A stretch of 64,000 nt of DNA, taken from a bacterium (GTDB lineage Bacteria > Bacillota_I > Bacilli_A > Acholeplasmatales > JAEDCM01). The notes under the pieces are model-generated. The model worked only from the letters and a program-made list of their open reading frames with translations. It made no database searches and was not told the origin of the DNA. Each line of letters starts with the position of its first letter. Position 1 is the first letter of the stretch. The DNA lies in NCBI GenBank assembly GCA_024694145.1, contig JAILKD010000036.1, positions 7,066-71,065 on the forward strand, in the 5' to 3' direction. Position numbers and translations under genes: made by a program. Positions 40,593 through 51,016 of the stretch are shown piece after piece.

Positions 40593-42458
40593 TTACCTCT
40601 TCTTTAAAATTAAAACAGAATATCTTGGTATTTTAACAGTTATTGAATATTTGCTGTTATTTGACATGTATTTTTCGCTTCTTAATATATCAGTGTTTAT
40701 ATAATCATTTCCACCATATTTATATAAGTCGCTATTAAATACTTCAACATAACTTCCTCTAGGAACTCCTATTCTATAATAATCATAATTATTTCCTGAG
40801 AAGTTAATTAGAACTACTAATTTCTTTCCCTTTTTATTAGTTCTAATGAATGAATAAACATTTCCTCCTGCATCATCTGCATTTATCCATGTAAATCCTT
40901 CCATTGTTTGATCATTATCCCATAATTCAGAATGCTTTAAATAGAATTTATTAAGTGCTTCTACAAAGCGTTGCATTTCTTTATGTCTAGGATATTTATT
41001 AACTAAGAACCAATCAAGTTCTTTCTTGTAGTTCCATTCAATGAATTGTCCAAATTCACTACCCATGAAAAGTAACTTTCCACCTGGGTGAGTCATCATA
41101 TAACCTAGATATGCTCTTTCATTAGCAAACTTCTCATCATAAGATAATGTTCCACCACAATCACGGCCCATCTTATCAATTAGAGAATATTTACCATGAA
41201 CAACTTCATCATGGCTAATAGGTAAAATATAGTTTTCACTATATGCATAACATAGTGAGAAAGTCATTTTATGATGATGATCATGTCTAAAGAATGGATT
41301 AATTGATGCATAAGCTAATGAGTCATTCATCCAGCCCATGTTCCATTTATGTGAGAATCCAAGTCCACCAGCATAAACTGGTTTTGTAACATTAGGGAAA
41401 GCAGTTGATTCTTCAGCTACCATCATAATGTTAGGGAAGTCTCTATAAAGAGTTGTATTTAAATCATGGAAGAAATCAATTGCTTCAAGCTTATAATTTC
41501 CACCAAATTTATTTGGAATCCATTTCTTTCTATCATAATCTAAATAAAGCATTGCTGCTACTGCATCACAACGTATACCATCAATATGATAAATATCTAA
41601 AAGCATATGTGCACTTGAAATCAAGAATGATTTAACTTCTGGTTTTGCATAATTAAATATACGTGTACCCCAACCAGCAAATTCCATTCTTGTTGGTTCT
41701 GGATCCTCATATACTTTATCTCCATCAAATTCATATAATCCAAATGCATCCTTAGGGAAATGCGCAGGAACCCAGTCAAGAATAATTCCTATTCCTTCTT
41801 CATGAGCTTTATTTACTAAATACATAAAGTCATCTGGTGTACCATAACGAGATGTTACACTAAAATAACCTGTAACTTGGTAACCCCATGATCCATCAAA
41901 TGGATATTCATTTACTGGCATTATTTCTATATGAGTATATCCCATCTTTTTAGCATATGGAATTAATTTATCAGCAGTCATTCTATATGAATAAAATGTT
42001 CCATCTTTATTTTGTTTCCAACTTCCAAGATGAACTTCATAAATATTTAATGGTTTATTGAATATAGAATTATTACGTCTATGTTCCATCCAAGCATCAT
42101 CAGACCAAACAAATTCAAAATCATAAACCTTTGAGCAAGTTTCTTCACCTGTCTCATTATGGAAAGCATATGGATCTTGTTTAAAAATATTTTTGTTTTT
42201 ATTAACAATTCTATATTTATATCTATCAAAGCGTTTAACGTTATTAACAACAACTTCATAGATACCTTCTCCAGTGATTCTTTTCATTTCAATTCCATTT
42301 TCCCAATCGCAAAAATCTCCAACAACAAATACTTTATTTGCATGTGGAGCGTATACTCTAAATGTAGCTTCTCCTTTATTCCTATCAAAATGACATCCCA
42401 TAAACTTATAAGCTATTTCAGAAAATTTGTTATGAAAATTATTACAAAAATAATACAT
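40593..42458 (-). CDS. glgB: 1,4-alpha-glucan branching enzyme
   Basis: FRVYAPHA, YEVHLGSW, WGYQVTGYF, DWVPAHF, DGIRCDAV, VAEEST and HDEV motifs. Confidence 0.9.
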   Translation of the reverse strand: MYYFCNNFHNKFSEIAYKFMGCHFDRNKGEATFRVYAPHANKVFVVGDFCDWENGIEMKRITGEGIYEVVVNNVKRFDRYKYRIVNKNKNIFKQDPYAFHNETGEETCSKVYDFEFVWSDDAWMEHRRNNSIFNKPLNIYEVHLGSWKQNKDGTFYSYRMTADKLIPYAKKMGYTHIEIMPVNEYPFDGSWGYQVTGYFSVTSRYGTPDDFMYLVNKAHEEGIGIILDWVPAHFPKDAFGLYEFDGDKVYEDPEPTRMEFAGWGTRIFNYAKPEVKSFLISSAHMLLDIYHIDGIRCDAVAAMLYLDYDRKKWIPNKFGGNYKLEAIDFFHDLNTTLYRDFPNIMMVAEESTAFPNVTKPVYAGGLGFSHKWNMGWMNDSLAYASINPFFRHDHHHKMTFSLCYAYSENYILPISHDEVVHGKYSLIDKMGRDCGGTLSYDEKFANERAYLGYMMTHPGGKLLFMGSEFGQFIEWNYKKELDWFLVNKYPRHKEMQRFVEALNKFYLKHSELWDNDQTMEGFTWINADDAGGNVYSFIRTNKKGKKLVVLINFSGNNYDYYRIGVPRGSYVEVFNSDLYKYGGNDYINTDILRSEKYMSNNSKYSITVKIPRYSVLILKKR

Positions 42459-42508
42459 TAAGAATCACCTCTATTTATTATTTTACCATACTATTAAATT
42501 AATTTGAA

Positions 42509-43444
42509 TTAATTTATGAAAAATCTTTTTACTTCTTTAACAAAAAATTTATCTCCTAGTATTAGTGTAACACTATTTATATCAACACTTTTTATAATAT
42601 CCTTTATTTCTTCATTATCCTTAATTAAATAATTTGGCTTAAATAAAGGATTATTTGATATTACATTAATAGTTCTACTAGTTATTTTTTTAATGTTAGA
42701 TAAAACATATTCAAAGTCTATTAAATCATTTGTTAAATGAATTATTACTCTTGGATTTTTATTTACTCTCTCTAATATATAATTAGGTTTTAAATCATTA
42801 ATTATTTTCTTTAATTTTTTTAGTTTAATTTCAGGAAAAACATCATCTATTAGTTTTAGAGCAAGTGCATAAGAATATGCGTTAAATGAGCCATAATTTA
42901 ATGGGTCATAATCAATATTTAAGTAACTAAAGCTACATAATTCACTCTTATATAAGACTAAATCTTTTTCATTTAAACTGCTATAAGAATATGCTTCATT
43001 TTCTATAAAGCTATTAACCAAGTTGTAATCAAATTTAAAATCAGTTAAAAAGCTAAATATATTTTCTATTACAATAACATTTGCTTTTTGCTCTCTAAAG
43101 AAATTAAGTCCAATTAAAAATAGAGCTTCAAAGTAGCCTATTTCTAAATCGTTTTCTTCAGATATTGTTTTAATACAATTAGCATGAAAATCAAATGATT
43201 CACTATCTATTATTCTATTTTTAAAGCTAATTGCATTATCTAAATCATTACTAAAAATAATAGTCCCTGTATGAAATTTCTTAAAATTTAGTGCCTCTTT
43301 TAATGTAGTAATAGTGGTAATCCTACATGAATTACCACTAACACTAATTTTTATAAAGTTAGATAAATCTATTTCTAATATTTCAAGAAACTTATTAATA
43401 TTACCACTAAAGTTTTTTTTAAGTGAATCTATATAACTATTCAT
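42509..43444 (-). CDS. FolC/Mur-ligase-derived protein with degenerate active-site motifs
   Basis: Occupies the folC position downstream of valS and is collinear with FolC. However, the P-loop reads VSGNSCRIT instead of [20 protein letters not shown] replaces EvGlGGrlDaTN, and IIHLTND replaces DgAHN. Confidence 0.5.
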   Translation of the reverse strand: MNSYIDSLKKNFSGNINKFLEILEIDLSNFIKISVSGNSCRITTITTLKEALNFKKFHTGTIIFSNDLDNAISFKNRIIDSESFDFHANCIKTISEENDLEIGYFEALFLIGLNFFREQKANVIVIENIFSFLTDFKFDYNLVNSFIENEAYSYSSLNEKDLVLYKSELCSFSYLNIDYDPLNYGSFNAYSYALALKLIDDVFPEIKLKKLKKIINDLKPNYILERVNKNPRVIIHLTNDLIDFEYVLSNIKKITSRTINVISNNPLFKPNYLIKDNEEIKDIIKSVDINSVTLILGDKFFVKEVKRFFIN

Positions 43445-46016
43445 CTAAAGATTTTAATCTTTCTTTTAATGCATTATATTGATTTGTATATGCTTCTAGT
43501 TTTTCTCTTTCAGCATTAACTTTAGCTTCTGGGGCTTTATTAGTAAAGTTTGGATTAGCAAGCATATTACTTGCTCTATTAATTTCTGATTCTAAACGCT
43601 CTAATTCCTTATTAATTTTAGCTTTTTCTTCTTCTAGGTTAACTAGATCATCTGTTTTAATATAGATAGTAAAATCTAGTTTAGAGAATACTTGATACTT
43701 TCCATCTGGAGTATCTAGACTAACATTAACACTTCCACAATTAGTGAAACGTTTAATATAATCAGATAATTCAATAAATGAATTCTTAATATCTTTGTTA
43801 TTAGCAACAGTAATGAAATTTAATTCCTTACTCATAGGTTTATTATTATCATTTCTAATTGTTCTAATTAAAGTAATTAAATCAAACAATCTATCAATAT
43901 TAGATAAGTCTGAATTAATTCCATTATCTTTTGGCCAAGAATCAATTGAAATACTTGCACACTTATGAGGAATTTGTTGATATATTTCTTCTGTTACAAA
44001 TGGCATGAATGGATGTAATAACTTAAGTATTGCATCAAGTACATATAATAATACATGTTTTGTATTAGTGTTATTATTTGCTAAATCAACTTTTGTAATT
44101 TCAATATATTTACTTGCGAAATCATCCCATACAAAGTTGTAAATATCTTTTGATACTAAACCAAATTCATATTTATCATAGTTTTTATCAGTTTCTTTAA
44201 TTAAATTGTTTAACTTAGTTAAAATCCACTTAGATGATTCATTCAAGTTATTTAAATCAACATTTATTTCTTTTATATCTTCTGTATTCATTAGAATATA
44301 ACGGCTTATATTCCAAATCTTATTGATATAATTCCAACCTGCTTCTACTTTTTCAGTATCAAATCTTAAATCCATTCCTGGAGCTGAGTTACTTGTTAAG
44401 AAGAAACGAAGCGAATCACATCCGTATTTATCGATAACATCCATAGGGTCAACACCATTACCTAAAGATTTACTCATCTTTTTACCATTCTTATCTCTAA
44501 TTAAGCCATGGATTAAGCAATCTTTAAATGGACGTTCTTTCATAAATTCTAGGCCTTGGAATACCATTCTACATACCCAGAAGAATATAATATCATAACC
44601 TGTAACTAAGCAGTCAGTTGGATAAAATCTCTTTACTAGTTCATCACTATCTGGCCAACCAAGTGTAGCAAATGGCCATAAAGCTGATGAGAACCAAGTA
44701 TCAAGTACATCCTCATCTTGTACCCAACCATCTCCAGGGCATTCTACTTGTACTTTTATTTCTTCACCCTTATACCATGCAGGAATTCTATGACCCCACC
44801 AAAGTTGACGTGATATACACCAATCATGGCAGTCTTCCATCCAGTGATTTAAAATCTTTTCAAATCTTTGTGGATAGAAATTAACTTTCTTATCTTCATC
44901 TTTTTGATTTTCAAGAACATTTTTAGCTAATTCATCCATCTTAACAAACCATTGTTTAGATAAGTATGGTTCAACCATTACCCCTGTTCTTTCAGAGTGT
45001 CCAACGCTATGAACGATTGGTTCAATTTTGATTAGTAGACCAGCTTCTTGTAAATCATCAACTAATTGTTCTCTACAATCAAATCTATCCATTCCCATAT
45101 ACTTACCTGCATTTTCGTTCATTGTTCCATCAGGATTCATTACTTTAACTCTAGGTAAGTTATGACGATTACCTACTTCATAGTCATTAGGATCATGTGC
45201 TGGAGTAATTTTAACAACACCTGTACCAAAGTTTGGATCTGCATGTTCATCACCAACAATTGGAATTAATTTATTTACTACTGGTAGTATTACATTTTTA
45301 CCAATTAGTTTATTATATCTTTCATCATTAGGATTAACTGCAACAGCTGTATCACCAAATAGTGTTTCAGGTCTTGTTGTAGCTACTTCCAAGTAATCAT
45401 TAGTTCCTTCAATATAATACTTTAAATGATAGAAAGCACCTTCGATATCTCTATAAATAACTTCTTCATTAGATAAAGCTGTTTGACTAACTGGGTCCCA
45501 GTTAATGATTTTTTCACCTCTATAGATAAAGCCCTTCTTATAGAAATCTAAGAATACTTTTTCTACAGCATGCTTTAAGCCTTCATCTAGTGTGAATCTT
45601 TCTTTTGTATAATCTAAGGATAAACCTAATTTAGCCCATTGTTCTCTAATGTTTAGGGCGTATTCATCTTTCCATTCCCATGCCTTCTTTAAGAAACCTT
45701 CTCTACCTAATTCATATTTGTTAATGCCTTCTGCTTTTAACTTATTAACAACCTTAACTTCTGTAGCTATAGCTGCATGGTCCATTCCTGGTAGCCATAA
45801 AGTATCAAAGCCTTGCATTCTTTTACGTCTAATAATGATATCTTGTAATGTTGTATCCCAAGCATGACCTAAATGCAATTTACCTGTTACATTTGGTGGT
45901 GGTATAACTATACTAAAAGCGTCTTTACTCTTATCACCAGAATTAAAGAAACCACCTTTTAGCCAGAAATCATATTTGTTTTCTTCTACTTTCTTGTGAT
46001 CATATTTAATATCCAT
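43437..46016 (-). CDS. valS: valine--tRNA ligase
   Basis: [14 protein letters not shown] (HIGH), KMSKSLGN (KMSKS) and a C-terminal coiled coil. Start set to ATG 46016 after GGAGG. Confidence 0.95.
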   Translation of the reverse strand: MDIKYDHKKVEENKYDFWLKGGFFNSGDKSKDAFSIVIPPPNVTGKLHLGHAWDTTLQDIIIRRKRMQGFDTLWLPGMDHAAIATEVKVVNKLKAEGINKYELGREGFLKKAWEWKDEYALNIREQWAKLGLSLDYTKERFTLDEGLKHAVEKVFLDFYKKGFIYRGEKIINWDPVSQTALSNEEVIYRDIEGAFYHLKYYIEGTNDYLEVATTRPETLFGDTAVAVNPNDERYNKLIGKNVILPVVNKLIPIVGDEHADPNFGTGVVKITPAHDPNDYEVGNRHNLPRVKVMNPDGTMNENAGKYMGMDRFDCREQLVDDLQEAGLLIKIEPIVHSVGHSERTGVMVEPYLSKQWFVKMDELAKNVLENQKDEDKKVNFYPQRFEKILNHWMEDCHDWCISRQLWWGHRIPAWYKGEEIKVQVECPGDGWVQDEDVLDTWFSSALWPFATLGWPDSDELVKRFYPTDCLVTGYDIIFFWVCRMVFQGLEFMKERPFKDCLIHGLIRDKNGKKMSKSLGNGVDPMDVIDKYGCDSLRFFLTSNSAPGMDLRFDTEKVEAGWNYINKIWNISRYILMNTEDIKEINVDLNNLNESSKWILTKLNNLIKETDKNYDKYEFGLVSKDIYNFVWDDFASKYIEITKVDLANNNTNTKHVLLYVLDAILKLLHPFMPFVTEEIYQQIPHKCASISIDSWPKDNGINSDLSNIDRLFDLITLIRTIRNDNNKPMSKELNFITVANNKDIKNSFIELSDYIKRFTNCGSVNVSLDTPDGKYQVFSKLDFTIYIKTDDLVNLEEEKAKINKELERLESEINRASNMLANPNFTNKAPEAKVNAEREKLEAYTNQYNALKERLKSLDE

Positions 46017-46020
46017 AACA

Positions 46021-46533
46021 CTAACCTCCATATTCATCTTTTGTTAGTCTAAATCTTTTACAATCTCTATATTTATTATCATAATTTAGATAATCTTTTT
46101 TATGTATTCCTATATACTTGAACCCTAAGTTTAATAATAACTTTTCACTTTTCGTATTTTCTAAAAACACACCTGCATCTATTTCATATGCATTAAAATA
46201 CTTAAAAGCATAATCTATATAAGCTTTAACTGCTTCACTCATTAAGCCTTTATGCCAGTAAGCCTCACTTAATGAATAACCCAGTTCATATATCTTATCT
46301 AGTTTTTCATGAAGCCCTAATGTACCAATTACTTTATTATTTTCTTTATAGACAATTGCTAGGTTATCTACTTTTAAAACATCATTAATAACACTTTTTG
46401 TTTCTTCAATGTTTTCATGTGGTTTAAACCCCGCAAATTTGCCTACATTTTCGTTTTTTGCATATTCATAAATATCAGCTGCATCGCTTGTAGTAATAGG
46501 CCTTAAAATTAATCTTTCTGTTTCTATAATCAT
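46021..46533 (-). CDS. GNAT N-acetyltransferase (RimJ/RimL-like, Acetyltransf_3)
   Basis: [10 protein letters not shown]..., [16 protein letters not shown]. Start set to ATG 46533 after GAAGGTG. Its stop lies 4 nt before the valS start. Confidence 0.75.
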   Translation of the reverse strand: MIIETERLILRPITTSDAADIYEYAKNENVGKFAGFKPHENIEETKSVINDVLKVDNLAIVYKENNKVIGTLGLHEKLDKIYELGYSLSEAYWHKGLMSEAVKAYIDYAFKYFNAYEIDAGVFLENTKSEKLLLNLGFKYIGIHKKDYLNYDNKYRDCKRFRLTKDEYGG

Positions 46534-46718
46534 ATTAACACCTTCTATGAAAAAAGTGTCCAAATAGGACATATTTAACAAAAAAATACATCTTCTAATA
46601 TAAAAGGACAAGAAATAAGTAAATAATTATAAATTATTTATTATATCTTCTTTCATACATTAATATAATACCATATTTTTATTAAAAATCAATAATATTA
46701 TAATATTTATAATATTTA

Positions 46719-46727
46719 TGGTATAAT
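46719..46727 (+). promoter_or_regulatory. extended -10 promoter (TGgTATAAT) for the GT4 gene
   Basis: TGGTATAAT lies 18 nt upstream of the ATG at 46746, with a GAGGTG RBS at 46735-46740. Confidence 0.55.
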
Positions 46728-46745
46728 GATTTTTGAGGTGATAAA

Positions 46746-47765
46746 ATGAAAGTTTTATTATACTTTGAAAAAGCAAACGCACTAAAACAAAGTGGTATTG
46801 GTAGAGCACTTAGGCATCAAAAGAAGGCACTAGAAAGTATAGGTATTGAGGTTACTCTTGATCCTAAAGATAGTTATGATATAGCTCATATCAATACATT
46901 ATTTAATAAATCATATAAATTACTTAAAAAATGTAACAAAAAGAATATCCCTGTAGTTGTTCATGGACACTCTACAGTTGAAGATTTTAGAGAATCATTT
47001 AGATGTTGGAAATTAGTAAAAGGATCATTTTATAGATGTTTATTTAAAATGTATAGAAATGCTAAATACATTATTACTCCTACTCCTTATTCAAAAAATC
47101 TAATCGAAAACTATAAAGGAGTAAACGCAAAAGTATTTGCACTATCTAATGGTATAGATTTAGATGAATATGCTCATAATGAAGAATCTATTAAAAAGTT
47201 TAGAGAATATTTTAATTTAAAAGATAGTGATAAAGTAGTTATTGGTGTAGGGTTATTCTTCCACCGTAAAGGAATTGAAGATTTCTTTAGCGTAGCATCA
47301 AAAATGCCAGATGTTAAGTTTATTTGGTTTGGTAATCTAGCCAAAATACTTACTCAACCTCGTATTCTAAAAGCAATAAAGCATAGACCAGAAAATGTTA
47401 TAATGCCAGGATATATCGATGGAGATATTATTAAAGGAGCTTTCCAAAACGCAGATTGCCTATTATTCCCAAGTTTTGAAGAAACTGAAGGAATTGTAGT
47501 CTTAGAAGCATTAGCAAGTAAAATCCCTGTAGTAGTTAGAGATATTGGTGTATATAATCCTTGGTTAGTTGATAATGTTAACTGCCTTAAAGCAAATGAT
47601 GTAGATGGATTTATTGAAAAAATTAATTATTGTTTTAATAATGATACAAAAAGTATAGTAGAAAAAGGCTATGAAGTAGCCAAAGAAAGATCTATAGATA
47701 AAATAGGTGTTGAATTAAAATCAATCTATGAAAAAGTAATTGAAGAAACAAAAAAAGTCGATTAA
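46746..47765 (+). CDS. GT4-family glycosyltransferase (possible glycolipid/diacylglycerol glycosyltransferase)
   Basis: GT-B fold pattern with the EX7E motif (FEETEGIVVLEALA). No TM helix or signal peptide. The lipid-substrate assignment is inference from the mollicute-like context. Confidence 0.7.
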   Translation: MKVLLYFEKANALKQSGIGRALRHQKKALESIGIEVTLDPKDSYDIAHINTLFNKSYKLLKKCNKKNIPVVVHGHSTVEDFRESFRCWKLVKGSFYRCLFKMYRNAKYIITPTPYSKNLIENYKGVNAKVFALSNGIDLDEYAHNEESIKKFREYFNLKDSDKVVIGVGLFFHRKGIEDFFSVASKMPDVKFIWFGNLAKILTQPRILKAIKHRPENVIMPGYIDGDIIKGAFQNADCLLFPSFEETEGIVVLEALASKIPVVVRDIGVYNPWLVDNVNCLKANDVDGFIEKINYCFNNDTKSIVEKGYEVAKERSIDKIGVELKSIYEKVIEETKKVD

Positions 47766-47778
47766 ATCGACTTTTTTT
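47751..47778. terminator. bidirectional intrinsic terminator (GT4 gene / LRR lipoprotein gene)
   Basis: A6-GTCGAT-TAA-ATCGAC-T7. The loop is the GT4 stop codon. Confidence 0.8.
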
Positions 47779-49195
47779 AATCATCAATTATGTTTATTGT
47801 ACCTACATAACCAGAATTCCAATACATACTGCAGTATTCTGATTCTATTGTAGAATTATAGATATTAACAAGAGTTATCTTGCTTCCTTTAAGTATAGCT
47901 GATCCTAGTGTAGTAACACTACTTGGAATAGTTATTTCATTTGCATATAAATTTTGAAATGCATCATCATTAATAAGAGTTAAGGTATTCGGTAAAACAA
48001 TTGTTTTACTATCATAATTAGTAAAAATTGTGTCATAGAATACTTTATTTCCGAGACCTTCTATTTTCCCAAAGTCTATATCCTTGAATTTTGAATTAGA
48101 AAAAGCATAACCAGATACATATTCTACATTGTCAGGGATCACAAATTGATTTAATCCTGAATAATCTAAATTAGCAAATGAATATAATCCCAAATTTTTA
48201 ACTGTTGTAGGAATAGTTGCATTTTTACATGCTCTTATTACTGAACTTTCCGCAATATCAATCAAACAATTATTTGACACACTAAAATTTACATTTAAAC
48301 CAGTAATAGAAAATCCTGTTAAATATTCCATTTTTTCTTGATATCCGAAAGCAGTTAATGATTGAGGAATGATAATTCTATTAATCTTTGTATTATTAAA
48401 TGCGTTATTTCCTACTTCTTTTAATCCATCGTTTAATGTTATTTCAGTTAAAGATGTATTATTTGAAAAAGCATTTGATAACAAATATTTTATTGAATTT
48501 GGTAATACTACTTTTGTAAAGCCACATCCATCAAAAGCAAAATGTCCAATTGAACTTACTTCACCATATGTGACTGACTTTAATCTTGGACAATTTTGAA
48601 ATGCTCTCTCAGAAATTGCAGTTAAACTAGATGGTAATACTACTTCTTCAAGATTTATCATACCAGAAAACATTGCTTTATCCATTTCAGTAAAATCTTT
48701 TGATAATCTTAATTTAGTGATATTTGATTCAGATAAGCAACATGTAGACATTTCATCTTCAACATTTGATAAAACAATCAAATTATGTACACCATGAATT
48801 CCATCATTATAAGTTCTTGTAATCATAGGAGATGTACTTGTACCATTATATCCTCTAATTATATATGTTTGTGCATTTTCATTATAATCAATTACAAAAC
48901 CATCAGTTATTTTTTCCGCTCCACAAACACTACATACATCATTTACATAAGTATGTGGTTTTAATTCAACATCAGCAAACTCAACTTTTCCACATGCACA
49001 AGATCTCTTTTTTGTACCAACTTCTGTGCATGTTGAATCAACTAATAATTCCCAATCACCAAATTCATGAACATGATCTTCTTTAGTAGTAATAGTTGTT
49101 CTTTCTGTATTAGTTGTGTTGTTCTTTTTGCCACATCCAAAAGATAATAACCCTAAAACAGCTAAAAAGAATGATAATATAACATTTTTTCTCAT
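47777..49195 (-). CDS. BspA-type leucine-rich-repeat surface lipoprotein
   Basis: Signal peptide ending LSFGCGKK, then a Cys/His-rich segment (HVHEFGDW...TCTEVGTKKRSCACG...VCSVCG). This is followed by repeated ~23-aa units of the form IP.sV..I...AF..c..L..v. Confidence 0.75.
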   Translation of the reverse strand: MRKNVILSFFLAVLGLLSFGCGKKNNTTNTERTTITTKEDHVHEFGDWELLVDSTCTEVGTKKRSCACGKVEFADVELKPHTYVNDVCSVCGAEKITDGFVIDYNENAQTYIIRGYNGTSTSPMITRTYNDGIHGVHNLIVLSNVEDEMSTCCLSESNITKLRLSKDFTEMDKAMFSGMINLEEVVLPSSLTAISERAFQNCPRLKSVTYGEVSSIGHFAFDGCGFTKVVLPNSIKYLLSNAFSNNTSLTEITLNDGLKEVGNNAFNNTKINRIIIPQSLTAFGYQEKMEYLTGFSITGLNVNFSVSNNCLIDIAESSVIRACKNATIPTTVKNLGLYSFANLDYSGLNQFVIPDNVEYVSGYAFSNSKFKDIDFGKIEGLGNKVFYDTIFTNYDSKTIVLPNTLTLINDDAFQNLYANEITIPSSVTTLGSAILKGSKITLVNIYNSTIESEYCSMYWNSGYVGTINIIDD

Positions 49196-49222
49196 ATAAT
49201 CACATCCTTATTAATATTATAC

Positions 49223-49253
49223 AAAAAAAATAAAAGCCTAACAAGTAGGCTTT
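49223..49253 (-). terminator. intrinsic terminator after the 555-aa LRR gene
   Basis: Minus strand reads AAAGCCTA-CTTGT-TAGGCTTT followed by TATTTTTTTT. Confidence 0.75.
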
Positions 49254-50919
49254 AATTGTGTTGTATTTTATTATCTTTGTAATAACTCATCAATCCACAT
49301 TCACTATTATTATTCATTAATGTTTCTAGTGAACTAGATGAGCCAGCATAAATAATTGTTGTCATCTTATTACATCCATAAAATGCACTTCTTCCAATTG
49401 TTTTAAGTGTTGCAGGCAAAGATAAATAATTTATAGCACCGCAATTATAAAATGCCTCAGGTCCGATATATTCTACTGGAGCATTTTTAAGTTCTACACT
49501 TGATAAACTTACACAATCGAAAAATGCACTTTCACCTATTTCTTTTACCGAACTCAAAGCATCAAAAGATTCTAATGCTCTACACCCAAAGAATGCTTTA
49601 ATTCCAATTCTTTTAATACTATAATCAGCATTTTCTTCAATTAATACATTTTTTAACGAAACACAATTCATAAATGTATAATCATCAATAACACTTAATG
49701 ATAATGGTTGTGTTAAATCGGCAATTTCAAGATTAATTGCATCTGCAAATGCATATGCATTAATTTTTGCTACTTCAGGTGGACATACAAATGACTTCTC
49801 TTCTTTAAGAGCCGGGTACACCAATAATTTTTTATAATCACTTGTGTATAAAACACCAAGTCTTACTTTGTAAGAAGTATTATCATCTGACACTTGAATA
49901 GTCTTTAAGTTTCTACAAAAAACAAATGCATCATCAGCAATTTCTGTTGTTTTACTTGGAATTACTATTTTATTTAATCCAGAATTATAAAATGCTCTTG
50001 AAGCTATTTTATTAACATTTGATAACTCTACAGTTTGTAATGCAGCACATAACTCAAATGCTGATTCAGGAATTTCTTCAACTGAAGTATTATTTAATGT
50101 AAGTTTTTTTAATTTTTCACAGTAGTAAAACGACTCATTACCAATACTATTTAAAGTGTTTGGAAAACTAATGTTTTCTAAATTTCTACAATTATTAAAT
50201 GCACCTTCTCCTATTTTTTCTAAACTAGTTTTAGAGAAATCTAAAAATTGTATTTTTTTATCAAATGCAAAGCACAAATCTTTTACTTCTTTTAAAGTAT
50301 TAGGCAACGTAATCTTTGACAAACTACTTAAATTATACAATGCTTTTTCATTGAAAGTAATAAAGCTTGTATCAGTAAAATCAAGCGTTGTTAGACTATT
50401 GCATTCTTCAAATACATTACTTCCTAATACTTTAGCAGTTTTAGGAAACTTTATATCTGTAAGGCTACTGCACTTTTTAAACATTGAATCACTTATTTCT
50501 TCAATTGCTAAATCTGATAAATCCATTTTTACTAGACTGCTGCATTCTGAAAATGCTTCTTTTCCAATTGAAGTAATAGTTTTGCAATAATTCATTTCAA
50601 TTAATTCACTACATTTATGAAACGCATCATCCTCAATTGTAGTTAATTTAGATTTTGACATATCTACTTTTTTTATTCTGTATTGATCATAAAAGGCATT
50701 TGTTTTAATTTTTTTAACAACATGTTTATCTATAGAATAAGGAATTATTATTTCTGTTTGATTTTTATAATTATCATTAAAGCCAGTGATTATAGCATCA
50801 CTTCCATCAAGTTCAAACGAATAAATTGTATTTTTGCTACTTGCATATACATCTTTATTCTTTCCACATCCAACTAAAAAAAACGGAATTAATAATAACG
50901 GAACAATTATTTTTTTCAT
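49252..50919 (-). CDS. BspA-type leucine-rich-repeat surface lipoprotein
   Basis: Lipobox FLVGCGKN. The body consists of repeats such as ITSIGKEAFSECSSLVKMDL and AKVLGSNVFEECNSLTTLDF. Confidence 0.8.
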   Translation of the reverse strand: MKKIIVPLLLIPFFLVGCGKNKDVYASSKNTIYSFELDGSDAIITGFNDNYKNQTEIIIPYSIDKHVVKKIKTNAFYDQYRIKKVDMSKSKLTTIEDDAFHKCSELIEMNYCKTITSIGKEAFSECSSLVKMDLSDLAIEEISDSMFKKCSSLTDIKFPKTAKVLGSNVFEECNSLTTLDFTDTSFITFNEKALYNLSSLSKITLPNTLKEVKDLCFAFDKKIQFLDFSKTSLEKIGEGAFNNCRNLENISFPNTLNSIGNESFYYCEKLKKLTLNNTSVEEIPESAFELCAALQTVELSNVNKIASRAFYNSGLNKIVIPSKTTEIADDAFVFCRNLKTIQVSDDNTSYKVRLGVLYTSDYKKLLVYPALKEEKSFVCPPEVAKINAYAFADAINLEIADLTQPLSLSVIDDYTFMNCVSLKNVLIEENADYSIKRIGIKAFFGCRALESFDALSSVKEIGESAFFDCVSLSSVELKNAPVEYIGPEAFYNCGAINYLSLPATLKTIGRSAFYGCNKMTTIIYAGSSSSLETLMNNNSECGLMSYYKDNKIQHN

Positions 50920-50973
50920 TATATATCACGCTCCTAAATTAATTTTATCATATTTTGTGTTTTAAATATATAC

Positions 50974-51002
50974 AAAAAAAGCACTCATACTTTGATGAGT
51001 GC
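50974..51002 (-). terminator. intrinsic terminator after the 1541-aa LRR gene
   Basis: Minus strand reads GCACTCAT-CAAAGT-ATGAGTGC followed by TTTTTTTG. Confidence 0.8.
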
Positions 51003-51016
51003 TTATTATTTACATG

